NCBI GenBank assembly: GCA_964016885.1
Contig: OZ024742.1
Location: 328,104,001 to 328,168,000 of the forward strand
Reading direction: 5' to 3'
Length of the DNA: 64,000 nt
DNA from: Eledone cirrhosa
Taxonomy: Eukaryota
A program made the position numbers and the translations under genes. This document shows, piece by piece, positions 51,401-61,379 of this stretch. Numbering within the stretch: position 1 is the stretch's first letter; the number at the start of each line of letters is the position of its first letter. The notes beneath the pieces are model-generated. The model made no database searches. It saw only the letters and a program-made list of their open reading frames with translations, and was not told the origin of the DNA.

Positions 51401-53993
51401 GTTGTAGTAGTTGTTTTTGGTGACAGTGTTGGTATGGTGTTGTTGTAGTTGTTTTTGGTGATAGTGTTGGTATGGTGTTGTTGTAGTAGTTGTTTTTGGT
51501 GATATTGTTGGTATGGTGTTGTTGTGGTTGTTTTTGGTGATAGTGTTGGTATGGTGTTGTTGTAGTAGTTGTTTTTGGTGATAGTGTTGGTATGGTGTTG
51601 TTGTGGTTGTTTTTGGTGATAGTGTTGATATGGTGTTGTTGTAGTTGCTTTTGGTGATAGTGTTGGTATGGTGCTGTTGTAGTTGTTTTTGGTGATAGTG
51701 TTGCTATGGTGTTGTTGTAGTAGTTGTTTTTGGTGATAGTGTTGGTATGGTGTTGTTGTAGTAGTTGTTTTTGGTGATAGTGTTGGTATGATGTTGTTGT
51801 AGTTGTTTTTGGTGATAGTGTTGGTATGGTGCTGTTGTAGTTGTTTTTGGTGATAGTGTTGGTATGGTGTTGTTGTAGTAGTTGTTTTTGGTGATAGTGT
51901 TGGTATGGTGTTGTTGTGGTTGTTTTTGATGATAGTATTGGTATGGTGTTGTTGTAGTTGTTGTTTTGGTGATAGTGTTGGTATGGTGTTGTTGTAGTAG
52001 TTGTTTTTGGTGATAGTGTTGGTATGGTGTTGTTGCAGTAGTTGTTTTTGGTGATAGTGTTGGTATGGTGTTGTTGTGGTTGTCTGTGGTGACAGTGTTG
52101 GTATGGTGTTGCAGTAGTTGTTTTTGGTGATAGTGTTGGTATGGTGTTGTTGTAGTTTTTTTTGGTGATAGTGTTGGTATGGTGTTGTTGTGGTTGTTGT
52201 TTTTGGTGATAGTGTTGGTATGGTGCTGTTGTTGTTTTTGGTGATAGTGTTGGTATGGTGTTGTTGTAGTAGTTGTTTTTGGTGATAGTGTTGGTATGGT
52301 GTTGTTGTAGTTGTTTTTGGTGATAGTGTTGGTATGGTGTTGTTGTATTTGTTTTTGGTGATAGTGTTAGTATGGTGTTGTTGTAGTTGTTTTTGGTGAT
52401 AGTGTTGGTATGGTGTTGTTGTAGTTGTTTTTGGTGATAGTGTTGGTATGGTGTTGTTGTAGTTGTTTTTGGTGATAGTGTTGGTATGGTGTTGTTGTAG
52501 TAGTTGTTTTTGGTGATAGTATTGGTATTGTGTTGTTGTAGTAGTTGTTTTTGGTGATAGTGTTGGTATGGTGTTGTTGTAGTTGTTTTTGGTGATAGTG
52601 TTGGTATGGTGTTGTTGTAGTAGTTGTTTTTGGTGATAGTGTTGGTATGGTGTTGTTGTGGTTGTTTTTGGTGATAGTATTGGTATGGTGTTGTTGTTGT
52701 TTTTGGTGATAGTGTTGGTATGGTGTTGTTGTAGTAGTTGTTTTTGGTGATAGTGTTGGTATGGTGGTGTTGTGGTTGTTTTTGGTGATAGTGTTGGTAT
52801 GGTGTTGTTGTAGTAGTTGTTTTTGGTGATGGTGTTGGTATGGTGTTGCTGTAGTTGTTTTTGGTGATAGTGTTGGTATGGTGTTGTTGTGGTTGTTTTT
52901 GGTGATAGTGTTGGTATGGTTTTGTTGTAGTTGTTTTTGGTGATAGTGTTGGTATGGTGTTGTTGTAGTAGTTGTTTGTGGTGATAGTGTTGGTATGGTG
53001 TTGCAGTAGTTGTTTTTGGTGAGAGTGTTGGTATGGTGTTGTTTTAGTTTTTTTTGGTGATAGTGTTGGTATGGTGTTGTTGTGGTTGTTGTTTTTGGTG
53101 ATAGTGTTGGTATGGTGCTGTTGTGGTTGTTGTTTTTGGTGATAGTGTTGGTATGGTATTGTTGTAGTAGTTGTTTTTGGTGATAGTGTTGGTATGGTGT
53201 TGTTGTAGTTGTTTTTGGTGATAGTGTTGGTATGGTGTTGTTGTAGTTGTTTTTGGTGATAGTGTTGGTTTTGTGTTGTAGTTGTTTTTGGTGATAGTGT
53301 TGGTATGGTGTTGTTGTGGTTGTTTTTGGTGATAGTGTTGGTATGGTGTTGTTGTTGTTTTTGGTGATAGTGTTGGTATGGTGTTGTTGTTTTTGGTGAT
53401 AGTGTTGGTATGGTGTTGTTGTAGTTATTTTTGGTGATAGTGTTGGTATGGTGTTGTTGTGGTTGTTGTTTTTGGTGATAGTGTTGGTATGGTGTTGTTG
53501 TGGTTGTTTTTGGTGATAGTATTGGTATGGTGTTGTAGTTGTTTTTGGTGATAGTGTTGGTATGGTGTTGTTGTAGTTGTTTTTGGTGATAGTGTTGGTA
53601 TGGTGTTGTTGTGGTTGTTGTTTTTGGTGATTGTGTTGGTATGGTGTTGTTGTAGTTGTTTTTGGTGATAGTGTTGGTATGGTGTTGTTGTAGTTGTTTT
53701 TGGTGATAGTGTTGGTATGGTGTTGTTGTTGTAGTAGTTGTTTTTGGTGATAGTGTTGGTATGGTGTTGTTGTAGTAGTTTTTGGTGATAGTGTTGGTAT
53801 GGCGTTGTTGTAGTAGTTTTTGGTGATAGTGTTGGTATGGTGTTGTAGTAGTTGTTTTTGGTGATAGTGTTGGTATGGTGTTGTTGTAGTAGTTGTTTTT
53901 GGTGATAGTGTTGGTATGGTGTTGTTGTAGTAGTTTTTGGTGATAGTGTTGGTATGGTGTTGTTGTAGTAGTTTTTGGTGATAGTGTTGGCAT
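51306..53993 (-). other. Repeat-derived ORF (895 aa), probably not a gene
   Basis: It starts at the same duplicated GGCATGG variant and cycles TIPTLSPKTTT / PYQHYHQKQLQQ / HHTNTITKNNYNN, i.e. the three frames of the monomer. Confidence 0.1.
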
Positions 53994-56280
53994 GGTGTTG
54001 TTGTAGTAGTTGTTTTTGGTGATAGTGTTGGTATGGTGGTGTTGTAGTAGTTGTTTTTGTGATAGTGTTGGTATGGTGTTGTAGTAGTTTTTGGTGATAT
54101 TGTTGGTATGGTGTTGTTGTAGTAGTTGTTTTTAGTGATAGTGTTGGTATGGTGTTGTTGTAGTAGTTGTTTTTGGTGATAGTATTGGTATGGTGTTGTT
54201 GTAGTAGTTGTTTTTGGTGATTGTGTTGGTATGGTGTTGTTGTAGTAGTTGTTTTTGGTGATAGTGTTGGTATGGTGTTGTTGTAGTAGTTGTTTTTGGT
54301 GTTAGTGTTGGTATGGTGTTGTTGTAGTAGTTGTTTTTGGTGTCAGTGTTGGTATGGTGTTGTAGTAGTTGTTTTTGGTGATAGTGTTGGTATGGTGTTG
54401 TTGTAGTTGTTTTTGGTGATAGTGTTGGTATGGTGTTGTTGTAGTTGTTTTTGGTGATAGTGTTGGTATGGTGTTGTTGTGGTTGTTGTTTTTGGTGAAA
54501 GTGTTGGTATGGTGTTGTTGTAGTAGTTGGTTTTGGTGATAGTGTTGGTATGGTGTTGTAGTTTTTTTTGGTGACAGTGTTGGTATGGTGTTGTTGTAGT
54601 AGTTTTTGGTGATAGTGTTGGTATGGTGTTGTTGTAGTAGTTGTTTGTGGTGATAGTGTTGGTATGGTGTTGCAGTAGTTGTTTTTGGTGAGAGTGTTGG
54701 TATGGTGTTGTTGTAGTTTTTTTTGGTGATAGTGTTGGTATGGTGTTGTTGTGGTTGTTGTTTTTAGTGATAGTGTTGGTATGGTGCTGTTGTGGTTGTT
54801 GTTTTTGGTGATAGTGTTGGTATGGTATTGTTGTAGTAGTTGTTTTTGGTGATAGTGTTGGTATGGTGTTGTTGTAGTTGTTTTTGGTGATAGTGTTGGT
54901 ATGGTGTTGTTGTAGTTGTTTTTGGTGATAGTGTTGGTTTTGTGTTGTTGTAGTTGTTTTTGGTGATAGTGTTGGTATGGTGTTGTTGTGGTTGTTTTTG
55001 GTGATAGTGTTGGTATGGTGTTGTTGTTGTTTTTGGTGATAGTGTTGGTATGGTGTTGTTGTTTTTGGTGATAGTGTTGGTATGGTGTTGTTGTAGTTGT
55101 TTTTGGTGATAGTGTTGGTATGGTGTTGTTGTGGTTGTTGTTTTTGGTGATAGTGTTGGTATGGTGTTGTTGTGGTTGTTTTTGGTGATAGTATTGGTAT
55201 GGTGTTGTAGTTGTTTTTGGTGATAGTGTTGGTATGGTGTTGTTGTAGTTGTTTTTGGTGATAGTGTTGGTATGGTGTTGTTGTGGTTGTTGTTTTTGGT
55301 GATTGTGTTGGTATGGTGTTGTTGTAGTTGTTTTTGGTGATAGTGTTGGTATGGTGTTGTTGTAGTTGTTTTTGGTGATAGTGTTGGTATGGTGTTGTTG
55401 TTGTAGTAGTTGTTTTTGGTGATAGTGTTGGTATGGTGTTGTTGTAGTAGTTTTTGGTGATAGTGTTGGTATGGTGTTGTTGTAGTAGTTTTTGGTGATA
55501 GTGTTGGTATGGTGTTGTAGTAGTTGTTTTTGGTGATAGTGTTGGTATGGTGTTGTTGTAGTAGTTGTTTTTGGTGATAGTGTTGGTATGGTGTTGTTGT
55601 AGTAGTTTTTGGTGATAGTGTTGGTATGGTGTTGTTGTAGTAGTTTTTGGTGATAGTGTTGGCATGGTGTTGTTGTAGTAGTTGTTTTTGGTGATAGTGT
55701 TGGTATGGTGGTGTTGTAGTAGTTGTTTTTTGTGATAGTGTTGGTATGGTGTTGTAGTAGTTTTTGGTGATATTGTTGGTATGGTGTTGTTGTAGTAGTT
55801 GTTTTTAGTGATAGTGTTGGTATGGTGTTGTTGTAGTAGTTGTTTTTGGTGATAGTATTGGTATGGTGTTGTTGTAGTAGTTGTTTTTGGTGATTGTGTT
55901 GGTATGGTGTTGTTGTAGTAGTTGTTTTTGGTGATAGTGTTGGTATGGTGTTGTTGTAGTAGTTGTTTTTGGTGTTAGTGTTGGTATGGTGTTGTTGTAG
56001 TAGTTGTTTTTGGTGTCAGTGTTGGTATGGTGTTGTAGTAGTTGTTTTTGGTGATAGTGTTGGTATGGTGTTGTTGTAGTTGTTTTTGGTGATAGTGTTG
56101 GTATGGTGTTGTTGTAGTTGTTTTTGGTGATAGTGTTGGTATGGTGTTGTTGTGGTTGTTGTTTTTGGTGATAGTGTTGGTATGGTGTTGTTGTAGTAGT
56201 TGGTTTTGGTGATAGTGTTGGTATGGTGTTGTAGTTTTTTTTTGTGACAGTGTTGGTATGGTGTTGTTGTAGTAGTTTTT
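52940..56280. repeat. ~1.67-kb tandem duplication
   Basis: GGCATGG C at 53991 and 55663 (1672), GAGAGTG at 53021 and 54690 (1669), GTCAG C at 54344 and 56017 (1673). Confidence 0.88.
54343..55665 (-). other. Repeat-derived ORF (440 aa), duplicate of the start of the 895-aa ORF, probably not a gene
   Basis: It lies within the 1.67-kb duplication and ends at a GTGTCAG variant (TGA on minus). Confidence 0.08.
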
Positions 56281-56879
56281 GGTGATAGTGTTGGTATGGT
56301 GTTGTTGTAGTAGTTGTTTTTGGTGATAGTGTTGGTATGGTGTTGTTGTAGTTGTTTTTGGTGATAGTGTTGGTTTTGTGTTGTTGTAGTTGTTTTTGGT
56401 GATAGTGTTGGTATGGTGTTGGTATGGTGTTGTTGTAGTTGTTTTTGGTGATTGTATTGGTATGGTGTTGTTGTAGTTGTTTTTGGTGATAGTGTTGGTA
56501 TGGTGTTGTTGTAGTTGTTTTTGGTGATAGTGTTGGTATGGTGTTGTTGTGGTTGTTTTTGGTGATAGTGTTGGTATGGTGTTGTTGTAGTTGTTTTTGG
56601 CGATAGTGTTGTTATGGTGCTGTTGTAGTTGTTTTTGGTGATAGTGTTGCTATGGTGTTGTTGTAGTAGTTGTTTTTGGTGATAGTGTTGGTATGGTATT
56701 GTTGTGGTTGTTTTTGGTGATAGTGTTGGTATGGTGCTATTGTAGTTGTTTTTGGTGTTAGTGTTTGTATGGTGTTGTGGTAGTTGTTTTTGGTGATAGT
56801 GTTGGTATGGTGTTGTTGTGGTTGTTTTTGGTGATAGTGTTGGTATGGTGTTGTTGTAGTAATTGTTTTTGGTGACAGT

Positions 56880-59800
56880 GTTGGTATGGTGTTGTTGTAG
56901 TTGTTTTTGGTGATAGTGTTGGTATGGTGTTGTTGTAGTAGTTGTTTTTGGTGATAGTGTTGGTATGGTGTTGTTGTGGTTGTTTTTGGTGATAGTGTTG
57001 GTATGGTGTTGTTGTAGTAGTTGTTTTTGGTGATAGTGTTGGTATGGTGTTGTTGTGGTTGTTTTTGGTGATAGTGTTGATATGGTGTTGTTGTAGTTGC
57101 TTTTGGTGATAGTGTTGGTATGGTGCTGTTGTAGTTGTTTTTGGTGATAGTGTTGCTATGGTGTTGTTGTAGTAGTTGTTTTTGGTGATAGTGTTGGTAT
57201 GGTGTTGTTGTAGTAGTTGTTTTTGGTGATAGTGTTGGTATGATGTTGTTGTAGTTGTTTTCGGTGATAGTGTTGGTATGGTGCTGTTGTAGTTGTTTTT
57301 GGTGATAGTGTTGGTATGGTGTTGTTGTAGTAGTTGTTTTTGGTGATAGTGTTGGTATGGTGTTGTTGTGGTTGTTTTTGATGATAGTATTGGTATGGTG
57401 TTGTTGTAGTTGTTGTTTTGGTGATAGTGTTGGTATGGTGTTGTTGTAGTAGTTGTTTTTGGTGATAGTGTTGGTATGGTGTTGTTGCAGTAGTTGTTTT
57501 TGGTGATAGTGTTGGTATGGTGTTGTTGTGGTTGTTTGTGGTGACAGTGTTGGTATGGTGTTGCAGTAGTTGTTTTTGGTGATAGTGTTGGTATGGTGTT
57601 GTTGTGGTTGTTGTTTTTGGTGATAGTGTTGGTATGGTGCTGTTGTGGTTGTTGTTTTTGGTAATAGTGTTGGTATGGTGTTGTTGTAGTAGTTGTTTTT
57701 GGTGATAGTGTTGGTATGGTGTTGTTGTAGTTGTTTTTGGTGATAGTGTTGGTATGGTGTTGTTGTATTTGTTTTTGGTGATAGTGTTAGTATGGTGTTG
57801 TTGTAGTTGTTTTTGGTGATAGTGTTGGTATGGTGTTGTTGTAGTTGTTTTTGGTGATAGTGTTGGTATGGTGTTGTTGTAGTTGTTTTTGGTGATAGTG
57901 TTGGTATGGTGTTGTTGTAGTAGTTGTTTTTGGTGATAGTGTTGGTATGGTGTTGTTGTGGTTGTTTTTGGTGATAGTATTGGTATGGTGTTGTTGTTGT
58001 TTTTGGTGATAGTGTTGGTATGGTGTTGTTGTAGTAGTTTTTGGTGATAGTGTTGCTATGGTGTTGTTGTAGTAGTTGTTTTTGGTGATAGTGTTGGTAT
58101 GCTGTTGTTGTAGTAGTTAATTTTGGTGATAGTGTTGGTATGAAGTTGTTGTAGTTGTTTTTGGTGATAGTGTTGGTATGGTGCTGTTGTAGTTGTTTTT
58201 GGTGATAGTGTTGGTATGGTGTTGTTGTGGTTGTTTTTGGTGATAGTGTTGGTATGGTGTTGTTGTAGTAGTTGGTTTTGGTGATAGTGTTGGTATGGTG
58301 TTGTTGTAGTTGTTTTTGGTGATAGTGTTGGTATGGTGTTGTTGTAGTATTTGTTTTTGGTGATATTGTTGGTATGGTGTTTTTGTGGTTGTTTTTGGTG
58401 ATAGTGTTGGTATGGTGTTTTAGTAGTTGTTTTTGGTGATAGTGTTGGTATGGTGTTGTTGTAGTTGTTTTTGGTGATTGTGTTGGTATGGTGCTGTTGT
58501 AGTTGTTTTTGGTGATAGTGTTGGTATGGTGTTGTTGTAGTAGTGGTTTTTGGTGATAGTGTTGGTATGGTGTTGTTGTAGTTGTTATTGGTGTTAGTGT
58601 TGGTATGGTGTTGTTGTGATAGTTGTTTTTGGTGATAGTGTTGGTATGGTGTTGTTGTAGTAGTTGTTTTTGGTGATAGTGTTGGTATGGTGTTGTTGTA
58701 GTTGTTTTTGGTGATAGTGTTGGTATGGTGTTGTTGTAGTAGTTTTTGGTGGTAGTGTTGGTATGGTGTTGTTGTAGTTTGTTTTTGGTGATAGTGTTGG
58801 TATGCTGTTGTTGTAGTAGTTGTTTTTGGTGATAGTATTGGTATGGTGTTGTTGTAGTAGTTGTTTTTGGTGATAGTGTTGGTATGGTGTTGTTGTAGTT
58901 GTTTTTGGTGATAGTGTTGGTATGGTGTTGTTGTAGTAGTTTTTTTTGTTGATAGTGTTGGTATGGTGTTGTTGTAGTAGTTGGTTTTGGTGATAGTGTT
59001 GGTATGGTGTTGTTGTAGTTGTTTTTGGTGATAGTGTTGGTATGGTGTTGTTGTAGTAGTTGTTTTTGGTGATAGTGTTGGTATGGTGTTGTTGTGGTTG
59101 TTTTTGGTGATAGTGTTGGTATGGTGTTGTTGTAGTAGTTGTTTTTGGTGATAGTGTTGGTATGGTGTTGTTGTGGTTGTTTTTGGTGATAGTGTTGATA
59201 TGGTGTTGTTGTAGTTGCTTTTGGTGATAGTGTTGGTATGGTGCTGTTGTAGTTGTTTTTGGTGATAGTGTTGCTATGGTGTTGTTGTAGTAGTTGTTTT
59301 TGGTGATAGTGTTGGTATGGTGTTGTTGTAGTAGTTGTTTTTGGTGATAGTGTTGGTATGATGTTGTTGTAGTTGTTTTCGGTGATAGTGTTGGTATGGT
59401 GCTGTTGTAGTTGTTTTTGGTGATAGTGTTGGTATGGTGTTGTTGTAGTAGTTGTTTTTGGTGATAGTGTTGGTATGGTGTTGTTGTGGTTGTTTTTGAT
59501 GATAGTATTGGTATGGTGTTGTTGTAGTTGTTGTTTTGGTGATAGTGTTGGTATGGTGTTGTTGTAGTAGTTGTTTTTGGTGATAGTGTTGGTATGGTGT
59601 TGTTGCAGTAGTTGTTTTTGGTGATAGTGTTGGTATGGTGTTGTTGTGGTTGTTTGTGGTGACAGTGTTGGTATGGTGTTGCAGTAGTTGTTTTTGGTGA
59701 TAGTGTTGGTATGGTGCTGTTGTGGTTGTTGTTTTTGGTGATAGTGTTGGTATGGTGCTGTTGTGGTTGTTGTTTTTGGTAATAGTGTTGGTATGGTGTT

Positions 59801-61200
59801 GTTGTAGTAGTTGTTTTTGGTGATAGTGTTGGTATGGTGTTGTTGTAGTTGTTTTTGGTGATAGTGTTGGTATGGTGTTGTTGTATTTGTTTTTGGTGAT
59901 AGTGTTAGTATGGTGTTGTTGTAGTTGTTTTTGGTGATAGTGTTGGTATGGTGTTGTTGTAGTTGTTTTTGGTGATAGTGTTGGTATGGTGTTGTTGTAG
60001 TTGTTTTTGGTGATAGTGTTGGTATGGTGTTGTTGTAGTAGTTGTTTTTGGTGATAGTGTTGGTATGGTGTTGTTGTGGTTGTTTTTGGTGATAGTATTG
60101 GTATGGTGTTGTTGTTGTTTTTGGTGATAGTGTTGGTATGGTGTTGTTGTAGTAGTTTTTGGTGATAGTGTTGCTATGGTGTTGTTGTAGTAGTTGTTTT
60201 TGGTGATAGTGTTGGTATGCTGTTGTTGTAGTAGTTAATTTTGGTGATAGTGTTGGTATGAAGTTGTTGTAGTTGTTTTTGGTGATAGTGTTGGTATGGT
60301 GCTGTTGTAGTTGTTTTTGGTGATAGTGTTGGTATGGTGTTGTTGTGGTTGTTTTTGGTGATAGTGTTGGTATGGTGTTGTTGTAGTAGTTGGTTTTGGT
60401 GATAGTGTTGGTATGGTGTTGTTGTAGTTGTTTTTGGTGATAGTGTTGGTATGGTGTTGTTGTAGTATTTGTTTTTGGTGATATTGTTGGTATGGTGTTT
60501 TTGTGGTTGTTTTTGGTGATAGTGTTGGTATGGTGTTTTAGTAGTTGTTTTTGGTGATAGTGTTGGTATGGTGTTGTTGTAGTTGTTTTTGGTGATTGTG
60601 TTGGTATGGTGCTGTTGTAGTTGTTTTTGGTGATAGTGTTGGTATGGTGTTGTTGTAGTAGTGGTTTTTGGTGATAGTGTTGGTATGGTGTTGTTGTAGT
60701 TGTTATTGGTGTTAGTGTTGGTATGGTGTTGTTGTGATAGTTGTTTTTGGTGATAGTGTTGGTATGGTGTTGTTGTAGTAGTTGTTTTTGGTGATAGTGT
60801 TGGTATGGTGTTGTTGTAGTTGTTTTTGGTGATAGTGTTGGTATGGTGTTGTTGTAGTAGTTTTTGGTGGTAGTGTTGGTATGGTGTTGTTGTAGTTTGT
60901 TTTTGGTGATAGTGTTGGTATGCTGTTGTTGTAGTAGTTGTTTTTGGTGATAGTATTGGTATGGTGTTGTTGTAGTAGTTGTTTTTGGTGATAGTGTTGG
61001 TATGGTGTTGTTGTAGTTGTTTTTGGTGATAGTGTTGGTATGGTGTTGTTGTAGTAGTTTTTTTTGTTGATAGTGTTGGTATGGTGTTGTTGTAGTAGTT
61101 GGTTTTGGTGATAGTGTTGGTATGGTGTTGTTGTAGTTGTTTTTGGTGATAGTGTTGGTATGGTGTTGTTGTAGTAGTTGTTTTTGGTGATAGTGTTGGT
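56880..61200. repeat. 2,118-bp tandem duplication
   Basis: TTTTCGGTG C at 57262 and 59380, GTTAATTTT at 58119 and 60237, TATGAAGTT at 58143 and 60261. Confidence 0.9.
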
Positions 61201-61379
61201 ATGTTGTTGTTGTAGTTGTTTTTGGTGACAGTGTTGGTATGGTGTTGTTGTAGTAGTTGTTTTTGGTGATAGTGTTGGTATGGTGTTGTTGTAGTTGTTT
61301 TTGGTGATAGTGTTGGAATGGTGTTGTTGTAGTAGTTGTTTTTGGTGATAGTGTTGGTATGGTGTTGTTGTGGTTGTTT

